From: an uncultured Christensenella sp.
Lineage (GTDB): Bacteria; Bacillota; Clostridia; Christensenellales; Pumilibacteraceae
NCBI GenBank assembly: GCA_910585055.1
Contig: CAJUBY010000001.1
Span: 56,255 to 120,254 of the forward strand
Length of the DNA stretch: 64,000 nt
Reading direction: 5' to 3'
The position numbers were made by a program, and so were the translations under genes. This document shows, one piece after another, positions 28,765 to 39,090 of this stretch (its first letter is position 1; each line of letters begins with the position of its first letter). The notes below the pieces were generated by a model, which was not told the DNA's origin, did not search any database, and was given only the letters and a program-made list of their open reading frames with translations.

Positions 28765-30897
28765 TAAGGCGATGGGGATCAAGAAAGAAACGAAGAAGCG
28801 GATATGCGCGGTGGCGGCGCTGGTAGGAAGCGTAAGCGCGGGCGGCGCGCTGGTAGCGTGCGGAAGCGAAGAAAAGCCTGTAGAGAAAGCTGGAGCGGAA
28901 GCGGGAGTGTATTACTTTGACGCGGGCGGAGAAGAGTATACGATGGCGTTGGGGGACGGAAAGCATGTAACGCTGATGATGGGCGCAGAGAAAAAAGAAG
29001 GGACGTACGGGATCAAAGACGGAGAGATCGAGATCAAGTTCGGAAAGGACGACGTAGCGAGAGGCGCGGTAAAGGAAACGGAGATCGCGCTGAAGTACGG
29101 CGGCCTGGATATGCGGTTTTACAAGAAAGTGTACTACGAAGTGAGGTACGACAGCGTAGACGGGAGCGAGATCGGGAGCGTAAGAGTGCTTAACGGGAAG
29201 CACGCGGAAAAGCCGGCGGATCCTGTAAAAGAGAACAGCATGTTTCTGGGGTGGTACGTAGACGAAGAGTATACGATGCCGTATATATTCAGTGCGGAAG
29301 GAGTAAGCGGAGACATAACGCTGTACGCGCAGTGGGCGGAGCTGGTGCCCGGAGCACAGGAGTACGTCGTAAGATTCGACTTAAACTACGAAACAGACGA
29401 GAAGATAGGGAACAAACAAACGATCGGAGGGAAACTGTACGATCTGCCGAAACCCGGAGGAAGAGAAGGGTACGAGTTTAAAGGGTGGTGGATAAGCGCG
29501 TACGAGGACGGGGAGAGACTGACGTCGGAAGTAACGAAAGAGAGCAGGATCGAAGAGAACAGAACGCTGTACGCGGTATGGGAAGAGAAAGGGAACGGGA
29601 ACAGACTTAAGACGCCGCTGGTGAGCACGGAAGGGAAGACGGTACAGTGGAACAGAGTGGAAGGCGCAAGCTCGTATACGGTGGAAGTAGAGAACACCGC
29701 AGGCGAGAAAAGGGTGTACCAAGGACTGACGGCGACGCGGCAGGAATTGGAGCTGACGGAAGCGGGAGACTATAAGATAACGGTAACGGCGGTAAAGAGC
29801 GGAAACAGCGGAGAGAACTCGAGAGGAGGGGAAAGCTGGTACAGATACAAGGCGTTGGCGCGAGTGTCGATGTTCAGCGTGTCGGAAACGAGTTCGCTGG
29901 TATACAACGGGGTAGAGAACGCGGAAAGATATTACATAAAAGTGGAGTGCGGAAACGCGAGTCATAAACACGATAGATACGACAACGGAACGTCTACGTA
30001 TTATAACTTTGCGAACTGCACGATGCAGGAAGGCGGAATCAAGTTCACGGTAACGGCGGAAGCGGAAGGCTGGGCAAGCTCGACGTCGGTAACGTACGTG
30101 TACAACAGGATACTGGACGGAGTAAAAGAAGTAGCGTACGAGAAAGAAACGCAGAGCATAAGATGGGCGAGCGTAAAGAACGCGACGGGATATATCGTGG
30201 AAGTGAACGGAGAAAGAGAAGAGATAACGGGGACGGTATACAGTGTAAAGGGATACGACCCGGGAGAACTGAAGATAAAAGTAACGCCGAAGACGAAGGG
30301 ATATAACAGTCCGAAAGGGACGGAGATAACGGTACGGAAGGAAGAGTTGGCGGCGCCGAAAGGACTGGAACTGACTGGGACGGAATTGAGCTGGGACGCG
30401 GTAAAAGGCGCGGAAGGATATACGGTAAAGATCGGAGAGAAGACGTATGAAACGGATCGGAACGTATACGATATAACGGAAGCGATAGCGGAAGAGCCGA
30501 GTGCAAGCGGCGAATACCGAATAAGCGTAAAGGCGAACGGAGAGAAAGGATCGGAGTACAGCGACGAGATAAGGGTAAGAGCGCAGACGTTGCGCGGAAC
30601 GCTGAAGTACGGCGACGGGAAAGTGCGCTGGGGGAGCGTGATCGGAGCAACGGAGTACCGTGTACGAGTGAACGGCGGAGCGGAGAAGACAATAACCGGC
30701 GGAACGGAGAGCGAAGTAACGCTTACACGACGCGGCATAAACGAGATAGAAGTGATGTACGCGGCGGGAGAGACGGAGAGCGCGTGGGAGAAGCTGGAAG
30801 TGACGGGCTATGCCGTGGAGTTCGACAGCCGCGGCGGCACGGCTGTAGACACCGTTTACCTCGCTACCGGCGACAGACTTGTCTTGCCCTCCGCACC
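28765..30897 (+). repeat. 2,133-bp direct repeat, copy A (RBS-proximal bases plus codons 1-709 of giant gene 1)
   Basis: Identical to 39091-41223 (offset 10,326). The forward translation and all reverse-frame ORFs in the track are identical between copies. Confidence 0.85.
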
Positions 30898-33800
30898 CGA
30901 GCAGATAGGCAGAGTGTTCGACGGTTGGTACGATTCCGTGGGCGGCGCGAGCGGTAACGGATATAAGATCGAAAACGGCGAGCGGTTCGACACAGCCGGA
31001 GATAAAAAACTGTATGCAAGCTGGGATTACATGGAGTACGAGCTTGTTTATGATTACGGTTCCGGCGGACAGGGCGCGGCAGGCAGCAGCGGCAAAGGTA
31101 CCGTTAAGATAGAACATAATTATACGCTGGAGGTCCCGTCGAATTCGGACGGCCGCAAGCTGTTTTTGGGATGGTACAGCACTGCGAGCGGCGCCGGGCT
31201 GCGTTATACCGATCACAACGGCAGAAGCTATTCGCCGTGGGCTTATCCCATGGGCGGTACGGTGTATGCGCGCTGGGCGAACGGATTTGCATTTACGTAT
31301 CTGGAAAACAGCGATTCGTATTCGGTGGTCAGAGGTGACAACCTTATATCATCGGGTTTGAGCGAGATAACCGTTCCGACTTACTACGACGACGGTGTAC
31401 ACGGCAGAAAGAAAGTTACCGTCATAGACGGCTATGCTTTTGATAAATGCAGCAATCTGGTCACGGTAAACATACCCGATTCGATAAAGATAATTGCCGT
31501 TGACAGCTCGGCGTTCGGATCTTGTACCAAACTGCAGAACATAAATATATACAAAACGGAAGGAACTGTAGGCGCGGTCTACAGCTCGTATCGCGGCGCG
31601 CTTATCGAAAACAATGAGCGTACGGGTGCGCGCGAGCTTAAATTCGTACCTATGGGCAAGACGGGAACGTTTACCGTGCCCGGTACCGTGGATACCGTAG
31701 CCGCAGGCGCGTTCTCTAAATCGGCATTGACGGAAGTAATAGTTCCGACCGGAGTGCGTAACGTCCACGCAAGAGCTTTTGCCGATTGCGAAGCGCTCGA
31801 AAAGGTGACGTTTACGCCCGTGCTTGAGGGTGAGATCTCGATAGAAGAGCTTGTGATAAATGCCGAAGCATTTTACAGATGTACGAACCTGACCGAAGTG
31901 GTTTTCCCTGCGAGAATGAAGTCGTTCGATTCCAAAATGTTCTGCTATTGCGACGCTATGCTTAAGGTGGGAATGGAAGAGGGCGCCGCAGCCCAATACA
32001 TGATCGTAAACGATATGTTGGTAACAAAGGATCGTAAGTTGGTATATTTCCCGTCGGCAAAACCCGACTGTATTATAACGGCGGATATAACCGAGATAGG
32101 AGCGTACGCATTTTATAAAGCAAACAAGATAAAGACCGTATCCATTCCTTCGCATGTAACGGCGATTTGGGAAGGAGCGTTTAAGAGTTGTAAAACCCTT
32201 ACTAAAGTAACGTTTAACGGTGGATACGGCGCAAGATCCGTTACGGTCGGTGTTTCCGCATTTACGGAATGTACGGCGCTGTCTGCCGTCGAATATAAAA
32301 ACTCGCCGAAAATAACGGATATAGGCGAAAATGCGTTTTATAAATGTACGGCGCTTACCGGCTTTACGATACCCGATACCGTTATTTCGGTAGGCGATAA
32401 CGCTTTTGCGGATTGTTCCAACTTAAAAGCGATATCGATAGGAGCGGCTGTCGAAACGTTGGGGAACTATGCCTTCAAGAACTGTAAAGGACTGACATCC
32501 GTTACTTTGCCGGCTTCGCTCACTTCGTTGGGAGAATATGCGTTCGGCGGTTGCATCGGATTGAGATCGGTCGCATACCGATCGGAAAACGGCTCGCCGC
32601 TTTCGATAGGCGTTATGGCGTTTTCTTCTTGCTCGGCGCTTACCGAGTTTTACGTTCCGAAGTTTGTTACGGAGCTGGGCGACGGCGTGTTTACGGACAG
32701 CGTCAATCTCGCAAAAGTAACCGTTGCGGACGAAAACAAAAATTATACCGAGTACGACGACATCGTATATAAGCTTGACGATAAAGGCAATTACATAGGT
32801 ATAGTTTATTATCCTTATACCAAGTCGGGCGCGGTGGTCTTGCCCGAATCTATGACGTCGATAGGCGGCGGCGTGTTCGGTGGCAACAAAAACATAACGT
32901 CTGTCAGTATAGGTAAAAACGTGACGTTTGTCGGTGCGGACGCTTTTAAAAACTGCACCAATCTCAGGACGGTCACGTTTGACGAGACGGGGACCGAGCC
33001 GCTGACTGTGGGCAGCGGAATGTTCTGGGGTTGCTCCAAGCTTCATACCGTAAACCTTCCCTCGCGCATGACGGCTGTTCCGGACAGATTTTTGCAGGGA
33101 ACGGCGGTCACGTCGGTCGTGATACCCGATAAAGCTGTGTCGATAGGACAGTATGCTTTTTCGACTTGTACCGGGCTTGTGTCGGTCACTTTCGGCACGC
33201 GCGAGAGCGACGGCGAACGGATCTGCGATCTGACGACGATAAAAGCCAACGCGTTTTATAACTGTAAAAACATTTCCGAGATCTCCATACCTTATTCCGT
33301 AGTCGATATAGGAAACTCGGTTTTCTACGGATGTGCGGCGTTAAAAAAAGTGAGATTCGAAAACGACCCCGTGCCGAGCGACGAACTGCCGCTTACGATG
33401 GGCACGAGTATTTTTTACGGTTGCAGCGAATTGAGCGACATAGTTCTGCCCGAAAGACTAACCGCGATTCCCAATAACGCTTTTACGAGCTGTGTAAATC
33501 TTTCGTCTATAAATTTGCCGGGCAATTTAAAAAACAGGTCCGCCACCGTACTGGCCGTAGGTACAAGCGCGTTTTCGGGCTGCACATCTTTGCAAAACGT
33601 CACATGCACTAAAAACAGCGACTGCGAAAGTCCGTTTTCTATAGGTAAAGGGGCTTTTTCGGGCTGTACGGCGCTTGTCGGCATAGAGCTGCCCAAGCGT
33701 TCCGAACCTGCGGACGCAAGCAAACCTTACTCCGTATTCAATGAGTTGGGCGTAAACTACATAATGCCCAAATTCGATAATTTTGTGCGGTTTGTCGTGG

Positions 33801-36800
33801 AAGACGGCGGAATTTACTCGTCCGACGAGCAGGGAATATTATATTACAACTCGGTCGTAAACGGCGAGATCGTTAAAGATCACGGAACGTTGATCGCCTG
33901 TCCGTACGGAATAAGCGGTACTGTCACCGTACCGGCGACTACTCATACTGTTTATGACTATTCGTTCTCGTATTCCAACATCCGAGAACTAACATTCCAA
34001 GAAGCAAACGGACAGCTTACCGAAGATGAGTTTGCCGCTCTGCCCGATCTTGTCATATCCGAAAACGCATTTTATTACAGTAAACTCGAGAGCGTAAAAT
34101 TCCCGTCACGGCTCAAGTCGTTGGGGAAAAATTCGTTTAGTAACAGTTCGGCGCTTGTCGACATTACGTTCGAAAGCGAAAGCCGTTTGACGGAAATAAA
34201 AGACTCGGCTTTCTATGCTACCGCGATCACCCTGCTACGCATTCCCGAAACAGTTAAGACCGTCGGATCGAGCATAGTCGGCAGAACGCCGATAACCGAG
34301 CTGTGGATACCGAGCGCAGTTGCCGGCAATATGTATACGAGTTTTCTTAATGCCGCGTCGTCGCTTACGTCAATTAATATTTACGGGCACAGCCCCGAAG
34401 AGAACGAGCCGAACGTATTGTTCGGTGATGACGGAAAAACTCTTTTATGGTACGATCCGGGCAATACCCAAACAGAGTATGTGATCCCCGAAGGCGTGGA
34501 GAGTATCGCGACCCGAGCGTTCTACGGTCAGAATCATCTGAAAACCGTGAAGTTTGCGGACAGCTCTTTAAAAACGATAGGCGCTTATGCTTTTTCGGGG
34601 TCGTCCGTAACAACGGTGGATCTACCCGAAGACTGTCAGATGACCGCCGTAGGATCGAGCGCGTTCAACGAATCCAATATCACGTCGATAACTATACCCA
34701 ACAAAGTGACGTCGATTGGCGGCAGCGCCTTTAAAGCGTGTAAAGAATTGACATCGATCGCGTTTACGCCGCAAACGGTAACATCATCGGACGGACAGAT
34801 ATCTTCGAAGTACGTTATCACATCGATAGGTGCAAGCGCTTTCGAGAACTGCGTACAGCTAAACAACGTGGTTTTGCCTGACAGTGTCACGTCTTTGGAA
34901 AATATAGTTTTCGGCGGTTGTTCCGCATTGACCGATATTACGTTCGGAAAAGGTTTAAAAAAGATAGGGAACAAAGTATTCGGTTCTTGCGAATCACTTG
35001 TTTCGATTACGTTGCCCGACAGTGTAACATCGCTCGGAATAAATGTATTCACCGGATGTATAAATCTGGTAAACGTCAAATTACCGAGCAATATCTCTTC
35101 GATAGGCAACACGATGTTCAACGGATGCGTAAAGCTTACCGATGTTACGTTCGGCGACAAGATCACGTCGATGGGCACAAACGTATTCCAAAACTGTACT
35201 TCGCTCCGATCGGTCACGCTGCCCGATAAAATAACCAAGTTGGATAATAGCGTGTTTTCCGGCTGTACGGCTTTGGAAGAAATAACCGTTCCGGACAGCG
35301 TAACGGCGATAGGCGATACGGCGTTTTTAAACTGCACATCGCTTACAGCGGTCACATTCGGCGCGGGAAGCAAATTGGCTACGATCGGGAAAGAGGCTTT
35401 TGCCGGCTGTTCGGTTTTAAGATCGATCGAGATACCCGGGAGTGTGATCCAGATCGGGAAAACGTCATGCAATGTGTTTAAAGATTGCGTCGCTCTGGAA
35501 TCCGTCACTTTCAGACAAGGAACGGTTCCGCTTAAATTCGTCGGAACTACTCCGTTCTCCGGATGTACAAAACTCAAGACCGTTGATCTGGGCGGAAGAT
35601 CGACCGCGTTGCCCGGATCGTGTTTCAAAGACTTGCCCGAACTGACGGATGTGCGCGGACTTGACAACGTTACCGAAATAGGGACTTACGCTTTTCAGAA
35701 CTGTACGGGACTGAGTGCGTTTACCGTACCGTCTTCGGTGACGAAAATAGGCTTGTATGCATTTAATAATTGCAGCGGACTTTTGAGCTTGACGTTTGAA
35801 AATTCGGATACGGCGCTTACCGTTCCGGACGGTACCGCGGTCTCTGGCGTCTTTGTAGGCTGTACGTCGCTGGTATCCGTAAACTTCGGCGGACGCGAGA
35901 TATCCGTAGGAAAATATGCGTTTTATAACTGTGCGGCGCTTGCCGAAATTTTGGATACGGACGGCATTACAAAGCTTGGCGATTATTCCATGAGCGGTTG
36001 CGGTTTTGTATCGGTAAAAGTTCCCGGATCGCTGTCCGTACTGGGCATAAACGTATTCGAAAACTGCAGATCGCTGATTTCGGTCGAGATACCCACAGAC
36101 GCGTTCGACACATTGAGCGCCTGTACGTTTAAAGGCTGCGATCTTCTTGCGGAAGTGAATTTTACGGGCGGCAATACGATGCTTGCGGCGATAGGCGCGT
36201 CGGCTTTCGAAAACTGCATGTCGCTTGCGGCAGTCGATATCCCACAATGCGTAAGCATGCTCGAAGACCGTGCGTTCTATAACTGCGGATTTACCGAGCT
36301 TAAGGTGCCGGTAACGGTTTCCGATTTCGGGAAAGAGGTGTACGGCGGCAACGCGGCGCTCGTCAAGGTCATTGTTTCGACGGACGATCTGGTAACGCTC
36401 GGCGTCGATATGTTTGTTTCGAGTTCGGTGAGGTCGGTCGAGTTTACCGGTTCCGGCGTTATGCTAAAGGGATTATCCGACGGACTGTTCAAGGATTGCG
36501 CAAATCTATCGGATATTGTCATCCCGTCGTGTGTAAATACGATTGGCGCGTATGCGCTGAAAGGAACGGCAATAGAACGGCTTGTGCTGTCGGAGGGATT
36601 GGTTTCGATAGAAAACGGCGCGTTCGAAAACTGTGTTTCGCTTAAGTCCGTGAATATCCCTGCTACGGTGTCGAATATCGGCGACAATCCTTTTAAAGGC
36701 TGTACCGATCTTGCGGAAATATCCGTGGCGCAGGACAATCAACTTTATGTTACCGACGGAAGCGTACTGTACGACGGAACGAGCACAAAACTTATCGGGG

Positions 36801-38629
36801 TTCTGTCGTCCGCTTCGGGCGAGATCGTATTGCCGGAAACAGTCACGACCGTGGCTGCGGAAGCTTTTGCCAGATCGTCCGTTACAAAAGTAATAATGCC
36901 GAGCGGTGTGGTTTCCGTGCTTGCCGGAACTTTCGAAGGCTGCGAAAACCTTACGGAAGTCGTCTTGCCGGAAGGTATCGTAAGTATAGAAGCGCGCGCG
37001 TTTGCCGGCTGTGTCAATTTAAATAACGTTTCTATCCCGTCCACAGTCAAGTATATCGGCGAAAATGCATTCGACGGCTGTACGGCGTTGTCCGATATGC
37101 GATTTGCGACAAGGGTGTCCGACGGGAATGCGGTCAACGATCTGACCGATATACGGGACAGCGCGTTTGCCGGCTGTGCTTCGCTTACTGCGGTGTCTGT
37201 GCCCGACGGAGTCACGGATATCGGGGAGTATGCTTTTAGCGGCTGCGCGGCGCTTGCGACGGTCGGTATTCCGGAAAGCGTGCTTTCGCTCGGAACGGGC
37301 GTGTTTGAAAACTGCGGCGTTTTGACGGCTCTTAATTTTGCGGAAAACAGTAAACTCGACACTTTGGGCGACTTCCCGTTCAGAAACAGCGGACTTACCG
37401 AGATAGTTTTGCCGGCAGGTATATCGACAGTCAACGAAAACATGTTTGCGGGCGCTACGGCAATCAAAAAAGTGACTTTTGCGCCGGGCACCGCGATAAT
37501 CCAAATAAACAATAGCACGAGCAAGACTTCGGCGTTCGGCGACACTGCTTTGGAATCGGTGGATTTTTCGGGACGTTCCGCTAATTTGAGCTATTATGCT
37601 TTCGACGGTTGCGTAAAACTTAAGTCGGTCACGTGGAACAGCGTAAAAACCGTAGAAAAGAATGCGTTTTCGGGCTGTACGGCGCTTACCGATATAAGTT
37701 TGCCTGCATCAGTCAAAACAATTGGCGCTTATGCGTTTGCCGAAACGGGATTGACTTCGCTTACTGTTCCGAATAATGTAAGTCAAATTTCGGAATATGC
37801 GTTTTACAAAACTCCCATATCGGGCAAATTGGTGATACCCGGAAATGTCAAGACAGTACAGCAGCACGCTTTCGACGGCTGTACGAACCTTACGGGCGTC
37901 GAAGTGCAGAGGGGAGTTCAATATTTGTACGGCCCTGCGGAAGCATCCAAGGCAGGATGGGTCTTTGCCGGATGTACTTCCCTCCGCGAGGTGTCGCTGC
38001 CCGACAGTCTTATAAACGGTATACCCGTAGGAACTTTCGAGGGCTGTACGTCATTGGTGTCTGTGGAGATCCCTGCGGTGCCGAGTATTTACGGTCAGGC
38101 ATTCAAAGGCTGTACGAATCTTACCGATGTTACATTCCGCGGTACCGCGACTTTGCTGTATATATACGAAGAATGCTTTATGGACTGCACGTCGCTTTCG
38201 AATATAAACCTGCCCGAAAGATCTTATGTATCGCTGTACGCACGCACGTTTAAAAACTGCACGTCGCTAACCGAGATAGCGCTGCCGTCGGCGGTCGGGT
38301 ATATTTACGCAGGACTGTTCGAGGGCTGTACGTCGCTGGAAAATGTAACGGTAAAAGGACAGATCACGAAAATTTCCGAAAATGCTTTTAAAGACTGTAC
38401 GAAGATCTCGAGTATAGTCATAAAAGGGAAAAAGCTCAACACAGTCGAAACCGATGCGTTTGCAGGCTGGACGTCCGCACAGACGATATACATAACAGAT
38501 AGCGATGGGGCTGTTTCCGCAGATTGGGCGGAAGGCTGGCACGGAAACGCGGCGGTGGTATGGAACGCCGGTCCGGATACGCCGACACCGCCCGAGCAGA
38601 TCGGAAAGGCTGCGTACGAAAATATGTAA
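28772..38629 (+). CDS. giant surface lipoprotein (3,285 aa): lipobox, Listeria-Bacteroides (Flg_new) repeats, FN3-like modules, and on the order of 100 BspA-type (LRR_5) leucine-rich repeats
   Basis: The signal MGIKKETKKRICAVAALVGSVSAGGALVAC carries a lipobox at Cys30. Flg_new-like units read ..FLGWYVDEEY..ITLYAQW. FN3-like units read ..VQWNRVEGASSYTVEV... A long array of ~23-25-aa units follows, such as IPDSVTSIGDNAFADCSNLKAISIG. No LPXTG, SLH or C-terminal TM was seen. Confidence 0.9.
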   Translation: MGIKKETKKRICAVAALVGSVSAGGALVACGSEEKPVEKAGAEAGVYYFDAGGEEYTMALGDGKHVTLMMGAEKKEGTYGIKDGEIEIKFGKDDVARGAVKETEIALKYGGLDMRFYKKVYYEVRYDSVDGSEIGSVRVLNGKHAEKPADPVKENSMFLGWYVDEEYTMPYIFSAEGVSGDITLYAQWAELVPGAQEYVVRFDLNYETDEKIGNKQTIGGKLYDLPKPGGREGYEFKGWWISAYEDGERLTSEVTKESRIEENRTLYAVWEEKGNGNRLKTPLVSTEGKTVQWNRVEGASSYTVEVENTAGEKRVYQGLTATRQELELTEAGDYKITVTAVKSGNSGENSRGGESWYRYKALARVSMFSVSETSSLVYNGVENAERYYIKVECGNASHKHDRYDNGTSTYYNFANCTMQEGGIKFTVTAEAEGWASSTSVTYVYNRILDGVKEVAYEKETQSIRWASVKNATGYIVEVNGEREEITGTVYSVKGYDPGELKIKVTPKTKGYNSPKGTEITVRKEELAAPKGLELTGTELSWDAVKGAEGYTVKIGEKTYETDRNVYDITEAIAEEPSASGEYRISVKANGEKGSEYSDEIRVRAQTLRGTLKYGDGKVRWGSVIGATEYRVRVNGGAEKTITGGTESEVTLTRRGINEIEVMYAAGETESAWEKLEVTGYAVEFDSRGGTAVDTVYLATGDRLVLPSAPEQIGRVFDGWYDSVGGASGNGYKIENGERFDTAGDKKLYASWDYMEYELVYDYGSGGQGAAGSSGKGTVKIEHNYTLEVPSNSDGRKLFLGWYSTASGAGLRYTDHNGRSYSPWAYPMGGTVYARWANGFAFTYLENSDSYSVVRGDNLISSGLSEITVPTYYDDGVHGRKKVTVIDGYAFDKCSNLVTVNIPDSIKIIAVDSSAFGSCTKLQNINIYKTEGTVGAVYSSYRGALIENNERTGARELKFVPMGKTGTFTVPGTVDTVAAGAFSKSALTEVIVPTGVRNVHARAFADCEALEKVTFTPVLEGEISIEELVINAEAFYRCTNLTEVVFPARMKSFDSKMFCYCDAMLKVGMEEGAAAQYMIVNDMLVTKDRKLVYFPSAKPDCIITADITEIGAYAFYKANKIKTVSIPSHVTAIWEGAFKSCKTLTKVTFNGGYGARSVTVGVSAFTECTALSAVEYKNSPKITDIGENAFYKCTALTGFTIPDTVISVGDNAFADCSNLKAISIGAAVETLGNYAFKNCKGLTSVTLPASLTSLGEYAFGGCIGLRSVAYRSENGSPLSIGVMAFSSCSALTEFYVPKFVTELGDGVFTDSVNLAKVTVADENKNYTEYDDIVYKLDDKGNYIGIVYYPYTKSGAVVLPESMTSIGGGVFGGNKNITSVSIGKNVTFVGADAFKNCTNLRTVTFDETGTEPLTVGSGMFWGCSKLHTVNLPSRMTAVPDRFLQGTAVTSVVIPDKAVSIGQYAFSTCTGLVSVTFGTRESDGERICDLTTIKANAFYNCKNISEISIPYSVVDIGNSVFYGCAALKKVRFENDPVPSDELPLTMGTSIFYGCSELSDIVLPERLTAIPNNAFTSCVNLSSINLPGNLKNRSATVLAVGTSAFSGCTSLQNVTCTKNSDCESPFSIGKGAFSGCTALVGIELPKRSEPADASKPYSVFNELGVNYIMPKFDNFVRFVVEDGGIYSSDEQGILYYNSVVNGEIVKDHGTLIACPYGISGTVTVPATTHTVYDYSFSYSNIRELTFQEANGQLTEDEFAALPDLVISENAFYYSKLESVKFPSRLKSLGKNSFSNSSALVDITFESESRLTEIKDSAFYATAITLLRIPETVKTVGSSIVGRTPITELWIPSAVAGNMYTSFLNAASSLTSINIYGHSPEENEPNVLFGDDGKTLLWYDPGNTQTEYVIPEGVESIATRAFYGQNHLKTVKFADSSLKTIGAYAFSGSSVTTVDLPEDCQMTAVGSSAFNESNITSITIPNKVTSIGGSAFKACKELTSIAFTPQTVTSSDGQISSKYVITSIGASAFENCVQLNNVVLPDSVTSLENIVFGGCSALTDITFGKGLKKIGNKVFGSCESLVSITLPDSVTSLGINVFTGCINLVNVKLPSNISSIGNTMFNGCVKLTDVTFGDKITSMGTNVFQNCTSLRSVTLPDKITKLDNSVFSGCTALEEITVPDSVTAIGDTAFLNCTSLTAVTFGAGSKLATIGKEAFAGCSVLRSIEIPGSVIQIGKTSCNVFKDCVALESVTFRQGTVPLKFVGTTPFSGCTKLKTVDLGGRSTALPGSCFKDLPELTDVRGLDNVTEIGTYAFQNCTGLSAFTVPSSVTKIGLYAFNNCSGLLSLTFENSDTALTVPDGTAVSGVFVGCTSLVSVNFGGREISVGKYAFYNCAALAEILDTDGITKLGDYSMSGCGFVSVKVPGSLSVLGINVFENCRSLISVEIPTDAFDTLSACTFKGCDLLAEVNFTGGNTMLAAIGASAFENCMSLAAVDIPQCVSMLEDRAFYNCGFTELKVPVTVSDFGKEVYGGNAALVKVIVSTDDLVTLGVDMFVSSSVRSVEFTGSGVMLKGLSDGLFKDCANLSDIVIPSCVNTIGAYALKGTAIERLVLSEGLVSIENGAFENCVSLKSVNIPATVSNIGDNPFKGCTDLAEISVAQDNQLYVTDGSVLYDGTSTKLIGVLSSASGEIVLPETVTTVAAEAFARSSVTKVIMPSGVVSVLAGTFEGCENLTEVVLPEGIVSIEARAFAGCVNLNNVSIPSTVKYIGENAFDGCTALSDMRFATRVSDGNAVNDLTDIRDSAFAGCASLTAVSVPDGVTDIGEYAFSGCAALATVGIPESVLSLGTGVFENCGVLTALNFAENSKLDTLGDFPFRNSGLTEIVLPAGISTVNENMFAGATAIKKVTFAPGTAIIQINNSTSKTSAFGDTALESVDFSGRSANLSYYAFDGCVKLKSVTWNSVKTVEKNAFSGCTALTDISLPASVKTIGAYAFAETGLTSLTVPNNVSQISEYAFYKTPISGKLVIPGNVKTVQQHAFDGCTNLTGVEVQRGVQYLYGPAEASKAGWVFAGCTSLREVSLPDSLINGIPVGTFEGCTSLVSVEIPAVPSIYGQAFKGCTNLTDVTFRGTATLLYIYEECFMDCTSLSNINLPERSYVSLYARTFKNCTSLTEIALPSAVGYIYAGLFEGCTSLENVTVKGQITKISENAFKDCTKISSIVIKGKKLNTVETDAFAGWTSAQTIYITDSDGAVSADWAEGWHGNAAVVWNAGPDTPTPPEQIGKAAYENM
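31415..38500 (+). repeat. BspA-type LRR array of giant gene 1 (approximate bounds)
   Basis: Periodic xxAFxxCxxLxxVxIPxSVxxIG units run throughout. Confidence 0.7.
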
Positions 38630-38650
38630 GATATTAATTTTACGGGTTTA

Positions 38651-38742
38651 AAAAGACCGCGCGTTTGAAATGCACCGCAAAAGTCAGACAAAACTTTTGG
38701 AGGTGCATTTCAATTAGGGTTAAGATCGGCGCGGTCTTTTTT
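38651..38742 (+). terminator. nested-hairpin terminator after giant gene 1
   Basis: Outer stem AAAAGACCGCGC (38651-38662) pairs with GCGCGGTCTTTT (38729-38740). Inner stem TTGAAATGCACC pairs with GGTGCATTTCAA. A T6 run follows. Confidence 0.6.
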
Positions 38743-38872
38743 ATGTTCGACTCAAACCGATCGGGAGTTATACGGTGTTGTTTTTTTGTCGCGGAACCGT
38801 TCTCGTAAATCATTTATAAAGGCAAACGAGATTTTTTACGAAAGTTTTTATTAACGTATTTCATGAATTCGG

Positions 38873-38901
38873 TTGACAAACATCGCGCGGAATGTTATAA
38901 T
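38873..38901 (+). promoter_or_regulatory. consensus sigma-A promoter of giant LRR gene 2
   Basis: TTGACA (38873-38878), 17-nt spacer, TGtTATAAT (-10 at 38896-38901). Confidence 0.7.
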
Positions 38902-38922
38902 CCTGTTTAATATTGTGAGTTT

Positions 38923-38963
38923 GTCAAGACAACGGCGTCGGGAGTGTTTTCCTACGCCGTTTT
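38923..38963 (+). promoter_or_regulatory. conserved leader hairpin plus U-tract (copy 2 of 3)
   Basis: GTCAAGACAACGGCGTCGGGAGTGTTTTCCTACGCCGTTTT. Outer stem AACGGCGT/ACGCCGTT, inner stem GGGA/TTCC, then U4. Confidence 0.65.
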
Positions 38964-39090
38964 ATAATAGACAAGATCAACGGCAAGAAAAACTGTATCG
39001 AGCCGGTATCCGTACCCGAAATGCACAAAAAGCGTAACGGGCACATGTAAAAAACAATAAAATATACAACGACCTCAAAAGGAGCAAAGA

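Noticed and set aside
28608-28826. 72-aa ORF spanning the promoter, leader and start of giant gene 1.
   Set aside because: It starts at the TTG of the -35 hexamer and runs through the leader hairpin in a frame different from the giant gene. It is an artefact.
29381-31216. 611-aa antisense ORF (and its twin at 39707-41395, plus 30001-30738, 30045-30692 and their copies) inside the shared 5' module.
   Set aside because: The translations are low-complexity R/F/Y/L/S/P strings with no start signals. They are a by-product of the extreme purine loading of the sense strand, which leaves few TTA/CTA/TCA triplets there and hence few antisense stop codons. The sense frame has a coherent signal/Flg_new/FN3 architecture.
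38872-38928. 9-bp inverted repeat TTGACAAAC / GTTTGTCAA flanking the -10 of the gene-2 promoter, considered as an invertible promoter (inverton).
   Set aside because: The arms are too short and the enclosed segment is only ~37 nt. No recombinase gene is in the window, and equivalent repeats are absent at the other two promoters.
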